Positions 26,601 through 38,859 of a stretch of DNA of 64,000 nt are shown here, piece by piece (position 1 is the first letter of the stretch; every line of letters begins with the position of its first letter). Under the pieces are notes generated by a model. The model worked only from the letters and a program-made list of their open reading frames with translations, did no database searches and was not told the origin of the DNA. A program made the position numbers and the translations under genes. This stretch comes from Hyphochytrium catenoides (lineage: Eukaryota; Protista; Hyphochytriomycota): contig FLMG01001166.1 in NCBI GenBank assembly GCA_900088475.1, forward strand, positions 64,363 to 128,362. The letters run 5' to 3'.

Positions 26601-29433
26601 GCGCGGATCCACGCATGCCGGAGTCATTACAGCCACAATATACCTAGGCCATCAGGGTCAGCGGCCATCAATAAGCGGTTTAAAGGCGAGGCTTGCCATG
26701 AGAAGAAAGACATAGCGATACGAAGAAGAATATACACTAAGATGGAAGAAGAAGACGGAGGTGGTGAGCACCGACGGCCTCGCCTTTTCTATAGATTGAC
26801 GCTCCTTACCATTGAATATACAGCGCCAAAAAGACCGCCAGTATGAGGGTGCAGAAGCTAAAGAAACCGATGTAAACCAGGAACTTAAGCCAACGCTTCT
26901 TCGGGTTGTACACTTTTACAGAGATCAAATCGGGCTTCTCTCCGGGGTCAGCAATGTTGACAGTTTCAATGTGGTCGTGCTTGAAGTTTGGATTCTCATA
27001 CTCGATCTGGATGGCAGGAGAGAAGAAGAGTATTGGTGGGTTATGACAGGTAAGGAACATGTCTAAAGAAGAAGATGCAGCGAAAAGAGCTCATCGAAGA
27101 TTCTATGCAGGTCTGTACTATAGCCAGCCGAGAAAGGCGGGGCTGCCTGTCTTGAGAGCCAAAATAAGTAGAATAACCAGGCGAAAAGCATTCACAGCTC
27201 AAACCAAGGGAAAGGATCGCTGCTGTTCAGTGTGAAGGAGTTAGTGGGCATAGACCCAGACCCAGATCTTTACCTCGTGAGCCTGTAGCAGACCCCAGGA
27301 CAGCTTCAACTCATTCAGCTTTCGCCTCCACAATTTGATCAGGAGAGGAGCCCATATTAGAGCCATGAACATGCCAAAGAACCTGGAGAATGAGACCACA
27401 AGAAGCGTGAGAAAGATGAACGAGCCTGTAACATTTGCGATTTGGTGCCGAAAGCTACTCCGATAAGAGGTCCCGCTATGAAGGACTATGTAGCCAGTGG
27501 CACATTTTGTTTCCTAATCTCTTCTCCGCGTCACTATCTAAGCTCTTCACCACTACTCCTCGCGTCAGCCCTTCACTCACCCTAGGCCCGCTTGGTATGT
27601 TGAATAATCAGCCCAGCGCCAGATAATCCATATTAATGGTCCCAGTATACTGGGACCAGCCAGTGCCACAGTGTAGAGCCTAATGTAGGCGAAGTAGAAT
27701 GCAACTTGCAAGCCAAAATGATTCTTGAGACGGTTGAGAGCCAGATTTTGCACAGCCTTGGACTTGGAGTCCAGACCCACCGACCAGTTCCGGAAGAAAA
27801 AGTCATTCAGGCTAACACAGATAAGATAAATTAAACAATGCGATAAGCAGCCGGATAAGAGATACGAAGGGAACCGATCAAGTAGGGGCAACCGCGAGGT
27901 GATAAGGTAGGAAGAGAGAGACAGGACCAAAGAGATAAACAGAGAGGGATGGAAGGAAAGACCGGCCATGTTCTTACCCGGCGTCATGGAGCGGAAAGAC
28001 TGTCTGGATAATCTCGTCCTTGTTCTCCTCGATTCCTTGAATGCCAGCTCCTCGAGGTTCCCGCTCCACACTGCGGGTAAGCAGGTGCTGCCAGGCTTCG
28101 AGTCTATTCGCTGGAGTCAACACCTCTCCGTTATCCTCATAGTCTTCCCCTATCGTTGCGGCCTGTAAGGGATAAGATTATGTGTGATAAGACTACGGTC
28201 CGGTCCTGTGGGACTCTTGATCCCCCGACGTCTATTTCTCCCCCTTGTCCTCATTCAATAGTCTTGGTATTTTCTGCCAGTACTCACTTCCCTAAATTCT
28301 TCGTTCCTAGCTCTACGCAGTCGTAACTTCTCGCTTCTCTCTTGCTTTGATTTCCCTGTCTTACATCTTCCTCTGATAGGTATTCCACAGCCCTTTCCAT
28401 TCTCAGAAGCTTGTCCTCTCTCGAGATAAGCCATGATGGGGCATTGAGTAGAACTACGATGAACTCTCTTGAGGTCTGCGTAGCCTCTAGGATAGTCACC
28501 TCAATACCAGCTCTAGTGAGATTGGTAATAACCTATAGAGATGAGGAGATATGACAAAATTAGGTCATGAGCGTAGCTGTACTGTCGCCGATCGCAATCC
28601 TGAAGGTTGGAAACCAGATTTCACTTTCTGGGATGAACTTGCCCTCTTTAACTGCAACGTAAGGTAATCTCTCTTCAATGTCTCTTACCTCTCGCTGCTG
28701 CAGATACTCCTTGGCCGGATCATCACCATGGTTCTTCAGCACCACTGCAAACTCGTAGGGTAGACGGGGCCGCAAGTTAAGCAGCTCAACAATAGCTGAT
28801 GCCATCCACACAATGGTGCAGTCTTGCACTGTTGCAGAGAATTAGTCCAACTCAACTGAATAAAGGGAGGTTTAGAGCAGACATGTAGGAGAGAAAGAGG
28901 AGCAAGGTCAAGGCAGCGGAAGAGAGAAGAGGATGCTAGGGGCAATTGGTCAGGAGGGAGGAGAAGTGACGAAAGACGGAGAAGGACAGGCAGTACCTGC
29001 AGTGACTTCCGTAGAGGGTCCATCTTGCTTGCAATCTGCTGGGAAACCGAAGACAGACGCCTCTTCATATATAGTGCCTGACGATGAGATGGCCTTGCCC
29101 GACTTTACTATGTACAGACCATCTACAAATGGCCAGTGAATAAGGGCAGATAAAGGCCGGTATATAGCTACCAAACTCACCGCACTGCTCCCCTGTCCGT
29201 GTGATACTGGCATCCTTCTTATAGTGCCGTACTTGAACTATGCGAGTCAGCATCAGCAACTCATCCTCGGGTATATTTTTTAGGCAGGCAACCTCTCTTA
29301 GGAATCGTGCCTCGCAGACAGGGTCCTCCAACCTCTTTGTGATGAGCTCCCCAACACTCGGAAAAAGCCCTGCAAAGCAGAGAATTCCCGATTTCACCTT
29401 CTTTAAGCCGCGAACTACCAACTCATTCGCCAT
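23601..29433 (-). CDS. Anoctamin/TMEM16-family protein with N-terminal cNMP-binding-homology domain and C-terminal C2 domain
   Basis: Spliced product contains the TMEM16 motifs VFPLHD, LKNHFGLQVAFYFAY, LWRRK, WENWRT, IQFSYITLFSVVWP..NNKISFRFDLIKLCIDFKRPIP..IGTW. N-terminal FLREVACLKNIPEDEL...GEQCDGLYIVKSG...VFG...EVTAVQDC is CNBD-like. C-terminal LLLTVYQASGL...TSNPHWNESY...LKVAVYN...DHVLGEVQIPL...WYEL is C2. Confidence 0.9.
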
Positions 29434-30289
29434 CTTGAGGCAGAGGTGAGTGATCAAATGCCTTTGACAAAGTGAGGCCTAGAGGCACTCTATCATGCCC
29501 ACATGCTCCTTTACTAAGCCCAGATCAACTTTCGAACGAGCTGTCTCGGAGGTGATCTTGAGCGCACTGACGGTGTATTCTGGCTGCTATTGAGCTCGAC
29601 CTTTACCTCCATAGAAGCTCCTTACGCGCCTATCTCAACTTCAGCTTAGGCTCGCTCCCTATCCTCCTCTCCACAGCCACATCTCTCTTCGCTCCGTCAT
29701 CCCTTCTCGGCTCCATCTATATGATTCTAACCCTCTGTTCTGAGTAGAAGTTCAACTCCGTCCACAGCGGGATAGAAGAGCTAGTTGCGAGCCTCCATGT
29801 CAGCACCAGGCCTGGGGTTATAAGACTGACAAGTCAAGGTTTGACATGCAACGAGGGCCCACGAAAGAAGTAACGGCCCTTCCAACCTCTTTGTAACACC
29901 CACTCACTCATACCAAGAAGTGATAACCGATTACTGATTCTTCCGCGTTAGCGGCTATCTGACGGTCCTTGTACTGTGCGAGTACTCGTAGATTTTTGAC
30001 TTGATTTTTGAATATTGATATCTGCCGCCAAGTGGCACTCTGTGTGGAGATTTTATAGGACAAACCAGGACGAACGGATGAACCTGTGAAGACAGAGACA
30101 GAGACTCTTCAGGCGTTAGGAGTATCTTTTTGCAGATAGTACGTCCGTAAGAGCAAGAGGCTCATGACTTGGGAAGAGTAAGGGCGCCGGCCAATAGACT
30201 CGCCTCAAAGATAGCTAGCGCCGGCGTGGAAGGTCTCCTTTAGCTTACATCTTACAAGTGATCCGATAGAGATTAATTAAAGGCAAAGC

Positions 30290-31270
30290 ATGCAGGATCA
30301 CGCATTTGCCACTAGGGCCAGGAAAAAAACTAGTAGGGAGGAGCGAGAGCCAACGAATGGGAAGAAGACCAAGAAGAGGCAGCGCAAGGCTCGTGATGCG
30401 TATTCACCTGAGGGAGAGGAAAGTTTAGATGAAGGACGGAGACGATGGACTTCGTCCACTGTGGCATTCTTCTCCAGGGCTAACGTGGGCTTGTACTATC
30501 TCTTCAGCATCTTCCTGGCTGGCTTCCTAGCCAATACATTGCTAACAGATGAGTTTCAACGGTCAGACTCCCAGCAAGAATGGTTTGCTCTAGCAGTCGG
30601 AGTAGGAAAGATGACCTTTGTTATGTTCAAGTACAGGAAGTCCAATCCTCTACCATCATCACTATTGGCAACTATTATTGGCAGCTTCGTCTTCCAATTT
30701 GCAGTTGGAAGCTTGGAAAATCTTCTTTTTGGCACCGTACCTTCTTGGCTACGGAATCCGGCTGTGATAGTTCAGCACATCTTCTGCTTCAGCCTAATCT
30801 TTTGGTCGCCAGCAGATATCATCTTTACAGAGCTTCAGCGTCATTTGGTATTACAGGTCTCTATCGGGTGTCTATACACGGTCGCTAAGGTCCGAGCAGT
30901 ACATCGTATACATTCGCATACAGACAAGCAGTGGTGGTATGGTGGCATTCTTCTCTCCTTCTGGGAGCTTTTTGGGAACACGCTGCTGACGAAGCTCTAT
31001 GTGTGGCTGGTGTCTGCGTTATATCAACGGCGACGCGATAGCTTAGCCTTGAAGGCCGTCAAGGATTTTTTCTCTTCTACACGCATGGGGATGTCTTACA
31101 TTCTGTTTGCTACTGTCTTCGTCTTATTCCTTTTCATTAGCACAACCACCTCAACTGGAACGGACTATTGGAAACACCCGCTCACTATCCTGGCGTTTAG
31201 CTTCCTCATTTTGAAGGACTATTCGCATCTGTGGAGTACCATTACACACGGCAAGAAGAAGCACAGTTGA
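30290..31270 (+). CDS. TRIC (TMEM38)-like trimeric intracellular cation channel, intronless
   Basis: 326-aa multi-pass ORF. YRKSNPL...FQFAVGSLENLLFG..P.WLRN...FSLIFWSPADIIF and KVRAVHRIH resemble the TRIC pattern RKHPL...FG..IL..LLLG.P...WYLIFFCP.D.FY and RVRKI..GIHH. Ends in KKKHS, a possible ER-retrieval dilysine. Confidence 0.6.
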   Translation: MQDHAFATRARKKTSREEREPTNGKKTKKRQRKARDAYSPEGEESLDEGRRRWTSSTVAFFSRANVGLYYLFSIFLAGFLANTLLTDEFQRSDSQQEWFALAVGVGKMTFVMFKYRKSNPLPSSLLATIIGSFVFQFAVGSLENLLFGTVPSWLRNPAVIVQHIFCFSLIFWSPADIIFTELQRHLVLQVSIGCLYTVAKVRAVHRIHSHTDKQWWYGGILLSFWELFGNTLLTKLYVWLVSALYQRRRDSLALKAVKDFFSSTRMGMSYILFATVFVLFLFISTTTSTGTDYWKHPLTILAFSFLILKDYSHLWSTITHGKKKHS

Positions 31271-31401
31271 TCATAGAGAATGCTACGTAGGCAGGCGATG
31301 AGTGTCACTTGTTACTAAATACGGCTTGCCTAACTCGGCATGGCGCTTAATGTCTCATTTTGCATTCTTCATCTCTCTCCCCTGTCTCCTTAATTAGGCT
31401 A

Positions 31402-33579
31402 TTAGTAGGTGTACGTGGGCTGCACGTTGATAGTAACGGGCTCGGAAGAGTTTAGACGTCTAACCTTAAGCGTGAAGCCTTCATATATCTTTCGGTTCAG
31501 CTCCCGATAAATATCTCGGGTGCTTGTCACAGGCTTGCCTTCGAACTCCACGATGACATCGTACCTCCTTAAACCTGCCCGCTCTGCAGGGCTTGCAGGG
31601 CTAATTGAGAAGACAATAACGCCCGCCTTGACGTCGGGGTACCTTCATTACAAGCAGGAGAGAGGGGGAAGGGGCAGCATGTCTCAGCTACCAGCAAATG
31701 AATATCAGTGTGAAGATGATACCGGCTTATTATAACTTGTAGCTCTGGGTCTCTTTTGTTCAAAGAGATCATCGTCATTCCAACGTACGGCCTGCAAACC
31801 CTTCCCGTCCGTCGCAGCTGGTCAATAACCTGAGAGATATGGGCTTTAGGATCTATCGGGCGCTGAGGAAAGAGGCACCACAAGGAAGAGTTGTCTCTCG
31901 AAGACTCCTGGTACTGCAGGACCATAATTAACTCGAAAGCCAATAATGCTAGCATACCGGCCAAGCTGTATCAATGGGAATTGCGAAGCTAACGCCGGAC
32001 GCACTTGCCAGCTTAATAGCATTAATGCCTATCACCTAGACGTGAGATAAAAGTGTTAGTGAACAGAGAGCTGTACCTTTGCCGAAGATTGATCACCAGG
32101 CACCAAGCAAGGACAAGGGAGACAGAGAGAACAGCACCTCTCCATCCACATTGATCAAGGGACCTCCCGAGTTTCCAGAGTTGATAGCGGCATCCGTCTG
32201 GATGAACTCCCGGTTTGAACGAGGAAGACCAAGCTCGCTACTGTGCCTTGCAACCGCACTCACTACTCCAACACTGACACTATTCTGCAAAGAGAGAGGG
32301 CTACCCAGGGCGATGACCCACTCTCCCACGCGCAAATTTGCCGAGGAACCTTATAAGCGAATTAGCCTTGCTGTCGCATCAATTTTGAAGGGAGGGGATT
32401 ACCAGCCAAAACTTGAGGTTGAAGAATGGGATATGCGAAGAAAGTCCAGGGGAAGTGCCAAAAGGAGCAAAAAGTGCAAAGATTACCGGAGACTCTTATA
32501 ACATGTAGCTCTTGGTCAGAGCAGGAAGCTATTCAGTTAAGTTGGGGTCAGCGAGTGTGCTAGACCGCAGAAGAAAGAACTATAGTGATTCTGAAGAAGA
32601 AGAGGTACCAAGCTTCATAACAGGTAGCTTCTCGTTTACTGGTGGGTCGATCTTGATCAGGGCCAGGTCGGATTGCGTGTCCATGCTATGGACCTTACCA
32701 ATAAATGTTTCTCCATCACTCCTCGTCACTTCAACCTACGACAGCAACTCTTTACCTTCAACAGGTTATTGGAGCAACGGACAAGGGAGACCCACATGCT
32801 GTCCCCTTTGTCCAGCTACGACGTGGGCATTTGTGACAATAAACCCGTCATCCGAGATAATGAAGCCAGATCCAGTGCTAGCGGTAAGCATGCGGCTAGT
32901 CAGATCTGCGGCTAGCAGGTTATCAGAGTTAGACGTGGAAAAAGCAGGGATAGAGTGAGCAGCAATAGCGCGTTCTCCTAAAGTGAACGTTTGAGGTTTA
33001 CACGCTGTTTCCAGTGCTTACTTCTTGGAACCAGGATGTTGACTAGTGCTGGAAAGGCTTTCTCCGTAGCATCCGCAATGAAGTTCCTCGAGTGATAGCC
33101 TGGAGGCTTGGATGCCGCTTGTGGCGCGATTTTCTGTGCGCCTCTCGGATGTGCTTCTTCTGAAAGTACCTGTCGGTCATACCCTTAAACAAAGGATATC
33201 AAGGCAGCGTAGTGGTTGTCAGTTCGTCTCATAGTGCTTTAAATTTCTTGATCGGTAGAAAGTGAGATAGAAGAGAATGACCGAAGTCCGCCAAGCATAA
33301 TTACATAGACGAACAGCTAATAGTTGTGCTAGTGTTACAGTCTTCTTTACCTGTTGCTCCCAAGCCGATCAAGCCAAGAAGAGTAAGAAGCACGCCCTTC
33401 CCCTTTCGATCAGATCCCTCTCTCCCTGAAGGGTTCACCCAAAGGGCAGTGCATGGTCTAATGGCGGCCACAAAGCTCGCTTGCTGTCGCCTTGCCATAA
33501 GTTGCCTCCAAGACCCATGCGCCTGAGGTTCGAAGAGTTGACGCCGGACGCCATGAGATAGAAGAACCCTCTTGAGCAT
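31402..33579 (-). CDS. HTRA2: HtrA2/Deg14-like mitochondrial serine protease with PDZ domain, multi-exon
   Basis: Arg-rich presequence plus TM segment, then [37 protein letters not shown] (His), SDLALIKI (Asp), [16 protein letters not shown] (Ser) and PDZ ([20 protein letters not shown]). Confidence 0.9.
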
Positions 33580-34107
33580 TGTTGCTATCACTTTCTTGAC
33601 CTGATGATGGGCAAGTGACTGTCTACCCTTTACGTTGATTATACGGTCCCCAGGAGCGCTCTACGAGGCCCTGCGTATAGAGTACGTTATCATCTGGATC
33701 TTATTTCTAGGAAGCTCAACAAACGAGGAGACAAGAGTCGTCCATCAAGCGTTCTCCGTGACAATCCAGGAGCAAGCTTGGAGCTGGGGTACGAACGTAC
33801 GAACAGAGATTTGTACGATAAGGATTCTGATCAACAGAGATGCGTTACCCGCTTCTAAGAACAATGATCTTGATATGAAGGGTTGTTGGCGTTATAGGTA
33901 AAGCATCTTCCTAGTCTGCTGCCACTACAATCTGAAGAAGACGAAGGTGCATGGACTCAATCAAGGCTAGGCGCTCCTCTATCAAACTTTCTCTCCTCTT
34001 CGCTTTCTCATGAACAGCCCTCAAGTGCAGCGGCTAACAGCTCCTTGAATGGGATGAGGTAGCGTCATCGCAGATCAACGATAGCCTTTCTATTTATGCG
34101 GATAGAT

Positions 34108-36450
34108 TCAGAGCTCATCGTGCACGACTCCGTGCGCCTCTGACAGAGATTCAAGATCGATTTTATCTGGAAGTACAGTGCACGCAGCAGGAGTACGCAT
34201 CTTGGCTGTGTAAAGACAGGTTTCTGGCTCATCGATATCATACACTTCCTCTGTCAGTCCGCATAGTAGGGTAACCTTTAGGCAGCAGAAGGAGAAACGT
34301 CAACCTTGTTACTGGGTTGTCAGGCAGCTTCTGCCATACTGACCGTCATTGACCTTGCCGGGCCATTCCAGCACGAAAGACCGCCAGAGAATTTCATGAC
34401 GTGTTCCTTACCAGACGCGTCAAGCGACTGGAAGTTTCTGCATGAGAAAATAGGTTAAAGAGCGCTATCTTCCTCCTTGCCGCTTCGACATAGCCTTACC
34501 CTAGAGAAATGGAGTCCTGCGATGCCTTCCCGAAGGGACAGACCTCATATTTGTACCTGAGGACGAAGCAGACAGACCGTGTTAAGTTCCTGGCAGATCA
34601 ACCTTATAGGCAATCGGAAAGCAAGTTATGTCCTCTTGCTCTAGAGGGTGCCAAAAGCCATCAGCACTCCAAGAATAGACTAGGGCATTGCATGACTCAC
34701 TTTTGCTGCTGAACTGACCAGCACTTCCCTTTCAGTGGGAAGTATTCCCTCTGCGGCCCGTAGAAAACCTCAACCTCCTTCTTTAAGTCTTCCACCTTAC
34801 TCTTAAGGGAGGTGACTTCAGAGTACGCCGAGTTGTAGGTATTTCTCGCATCTTCGGCCTCTGTAACGTTTGGTAAACATCATTAGCGTCTAACTATTAA
34901 GGACGGTGAAGGTGACGCCAGTACGGAATTGAGCGAAGGAGGTCGTGCAGTGACACATGTTTCAGAGAGAGCGCTGCGCTCAAGAGGAAAAGCTAAAGGA
35001 GGGAAGGGTGGAAGAAGGAGCAAAGGGCTTGTGGGTACCAGGTCGTTTGTAATCATCTGCAGGCTTTGTAATCGCCTTGAGTTTGCTAAAGGCGTCAGAA
35101 TCGGAGTCGTCCTTCGAAGCTAGCGCCTGGGGTACGCCAAAACCTCGTTTCTCCCTTGCGGCAATGATATTGTCCACAACTGCTTCACCGAACATCTGCG
35201 TAGTAATCCAAGACTCCTTGGCAAGGTGGCTAGTAATGTTGGCCACCTAACTCAGCACCCAGAGGCAGGAGTCGTTGATCCAACAATATTTAGGTCAGTG
35301 CCTTTGGGAACCAGGGAAGGGGCGGGAGGTAGAACGGCGAAGGAACTAAACTTCTCAGAGTCTAGACGGAATTAGGAAGAGCAAAGCGACGATGACGAGG
35401 GAACTACTAGTTCCCTTGGTAACACAATATGGAGATTAGACAGTGTGTCGTATACTATCTCATCAGCCTACCAGGGAAATCAGGTCTTCCTTCTGCAACT
35501 CCGCTAGACCTAGTTGTTCTGCTGCTTGGTCCAGAGTTACCGATAAGTTTGCCCTTTCCTGAGTTTCTAGCTCTTCCTCTGTCGCTTTTTTGATCTCGGC
35601 CTCATTCAAATCGGCCTCCTTCTTCTTAAGGTCTTCCTCCAAGCGAATCACTTCCTCTTCCTTACCAGCAAATGCCTATCGTCAGGATGTGAGGGTAAGC
35701 ACACTGAATGAGCGTTGGGAGGTCTAGGAAAGAGAGAAGCATATATATCAAGCGTCTGAGATCTTATGGGACAATCTGCATAGATGCCTGAAAGAACCTG
35801 CTTGGCTTCCTCAATGTATTCCTTCTTTTTGACAGAACCAGCTTCAAATATCTTTACTCTTTCTCCCAGCTCCTTCAGATACTTGTCTGCCTGTTCGCTG
35901 CAAGTGTTCCTGCAAACTCCTGGCGCTTCATCACTGCCATCACAACAATCTGAAGCCATCGATCGTCAGTAAGTGTAGGGAAGCGTACCATTGGGTTCGA
36001 CGTACCGCAGACTTGGTCTTTGACTCGGCTTGAAAAGATGTAGCGACCTCTGTGACCCTTATTGACGCAGTAAAATCTGCCCTGGGAGCAGGCAGCTGAG
36101 TGACACGAGTGACTTAGTTATTCCTATTTGTTGCTGCTATGAAGCAGGGAGATATACATACAGGTGCCAGGTTCGTCAGAACCATCTTCGCAGTCGCAAT
36201 AGTCATCATTCACCCGCGCAAAGGGAATGGTCTTCTGCCCACTCAAGCATGTGAAGGTCTGACAAATATCCAGCTTAGCAGCAAGCTTCCAGTCAGAACA
36301 GCGGACAATACGGACCTTTGAGGTTGAATCGTAGAGGTGACCCTTTGAGAGCGGTATGCCAAGCATCAGCTTTGAACCGTCCACCGCGGAACTACACTCG
36401 GAGAGGAGGGCAATGACAGGGAATATTGTCAAGCAAGCAAGAGCCTTCAT
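34108..36450 (-). CDS. PRKCSH: Glucosidase II beta subunit, multi-exon
   Basis: Signal peptide, [29 protein letters not shown], coiled coil, MRH domain ([16 protein letters not shown]...EPETCLY..MRTPAAC) and C-terminal HDEL followed by the stop at 34108. Confidence 0.93.
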
Positions 36451-37136
36451 CCTTACTGCGCTGATTGTTAGTCTAGGCGCTCTCGCCCTATAGCTAGTGA
36501 AGCACTTCAAGGTGATACTCTTGGCCTGTTGCTCCTCTCTCTGCCATAGAGCTCTCTACGGATGGCTCATAAATAAGTCTTCAGTAGGCCTCGTCAATCA
36601 GACGATAGTCCCAGGCAGAGAGTTGTCAGTAAAGCTGAAAAAAACCAGGTTCTTTCTTGAGATTCTGAACTGCAGATCTATGAGCAACAGATCTCTCTTC
36701 ATGCCGATACGGCTACTGTACCTGCTGAACGAATTACAGATCCAGAGATAATTTCTCCGCGATAAGCAGCCAGAGACATGTGAATATCCATGATAGACCC
36801 TGAGTAGGCAAAGGATTATCAATGTTAGCGACCGATTGTGATTCACAAATTGATCTGATATGACCTATGGAGAAGAGGATTTGTTGTGAAGCTGATGAGA
36901 AGTGTCGGCGCAACGCCCTGCGGCACGTTGATTCTTCTCAGCGGGCATCAGCAATCTTCTTCGCCGACGAAGCTCCCAGTCGAAGGTCACGCACCACCAC
37001 CTGCGAGATGATTCATGGTGCCGATTAGAAGCTAGTCTACAGGTTGCAAGTTCTTCCCACACAAGGAGCCGCTATGAGTGTGGATGGACTGAGTCCGATG
37101 AGCGAATTGTCTGCACGTTGCTGAAATTCGTATTGG

Positions 37137-37195
37137 NNNNNNNNNNNNNNNNNNNNNNNNNNNNNNNNNNNNNNNNNNNNNNNNNNNNNNNNNNN
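37137..37195. other. Assembly gap (59 N), probably containing the sideroflexin start codon
   Basis: Run of n. The sideroflexin reading frame is already open immediately after it. Confidence 0.95.
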
Positions 37196-38275
37196 GTAGT
37201 GAACGACAGTTGCATGTAGACCTTGATGAAGCTACATACTTTCAACGGGTGCAGAAGGTATTCCACCAGCTTGACGTCCGCACGGCTTTCGCGACTCATG
37301 GGCAGGTTGAAGCCGCCCTGAAGACTATTGAAGACCATAGTAAGTCAAGACTTGGAGGTTTCCTGCCACTCAATGTATCGTAATACTCCGTCTTCATAGG
37401 GAAGGGTCTTGTTCGTCCAAGTGCCGACACTCTTTTTCATGCGACGAAGCTGAAGAACGCCATCGTCCATCCCGATACAGGTATAAGGACGCGCATTTTG
37501 CTCTTCTCCTCCGATGTTGCTAAACCTTCTTTATTTCTCAGGGGAAAAGGTCCTTCTGCCTCTGAGAGTCAGCATGATCGTGCCGATGAACCTTATTCTG
37601 GACGCTGGGATGATGTCTGCGTCGACTCTGTCTTCTACTGTCTTCTGGCAGTGGCTCAATCAGACCTATAACGCCCTTCACTACTACGCTAATCGGAACG
37701 CATCCAATCATGATACCTCTACCCAGCGTTTAGTAGCCTACCTTGCCGCAACCGGAAGCTCAGTGTGGGCGGCTTTAAAAGTACGGAGGCTAAGCGATCA
37801 GGCACCTGCGGCTGCCCGCTGGGGCCCGTACCTTAGGCGCCTTGGGCCATTTGCAGCTGTGGCTGCGGCAGACGTCCTGAACCTTCCCTTGATGAGACAG
37901 AGTGAGTTCTTACATGGTGTGGATTTGTTTGACGAGAACGGAAGGTATGTAGGGAAGAGTAAGAGGGCTGGTGTCGTAGCTGTCAGCTCCTGTGTGGCAG
38001 GCCGAGTCTTTGCCGCGGCACCTATTCTCTGCATCCCTCCCTTGATAATGCAGAAGCTGGAAGGGAAGGAGCTGCTGAAGCGCAGACCAGTGCTTCGTAT
38101 TCCCATACTACTCTCGTTGGTAGGAGTGATGATTCAGTTCTCGGTCCCACTAACCTTCGGGTTATTCAAGCAAACGGCGCAGGTTAATGTGAGATATTTA
38201 GAGCCCCAATTTAGACGCGTCATTCGAGACGATGGGCTCTTGATGAAGTATGCAACTTATAATAAAGGCATATAG
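37196..38275 (+). CDS. SFXN: Sideroflexin (mitochondrial tricarboxylate/serine carrier family), 5'-partial, at least 3 exons
   Basis: Spliced: DLDEATYFQRVQKVFHQLDVR...AIVHPDTGEKVLLPLRVSMIVPMN...FWQWLNQTYNALHYYANRNAS...PFAAVAAADVLNLPLMRQSE...YNKGI*. HPDT and NKG(L/I) are family signatures. Confidence 0.93.
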
Positions 38276-38859
38276 ATGATGATGCTAGCGACTGTTCTTC
38301 TGAAAGGCCACTACTATAAAAGATAGCATCACGGCGGATGGCATGTACAAGGCCATTTAAGGTCTTCCATGGAAACAGTTAAAAACGACACTACTGTCAA
38401 GATAGCATTACAATTGGCTTGCACAAGGCCGTTCTGAGCGGCTCTAGATCCCGTCGTTCGGTGGGAGTCGGAGCTCTTGCTTGTGGACAGCAGATTATCC
38501 TGAAGAGGGGCCATACAGAGGGCGAATGGGAGAGCTGCGTACCTACAAGTCACAGATGGGACTATTGTTTATGAGTAAAGGTGTCGTTTATTAGTAAGGT
38601 GTCGATAACCGCTGGCAAAATTGTTACAGACATACATTAACTGACATGAGACTTTTCTACGTGAGCTGCGCACATCAGCTGGCGCACATATTCTTGGCCA
38701 TTACTGATGGTCAATAGAGATATGTGCTGCTGGCTCTGTGTGGCAGATGTTTCTTCTTGTAAGAAGAGGAGCAGAGATAAGATCGACACATATGATGGAG
38801 TCATAAAATAGCGTTGTGGAGCTATCAAGCAAAACTTTTCATCAAAATTGGGTAAGCCT

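Noticed and set aside
24099-26636. Treating the 845-aa ORF as one uninterrupted exon
   Set aside because: Two pyrimidine-rich GT-AG segments interrupt conserved TMEM16 motifs and are better explained as introns.
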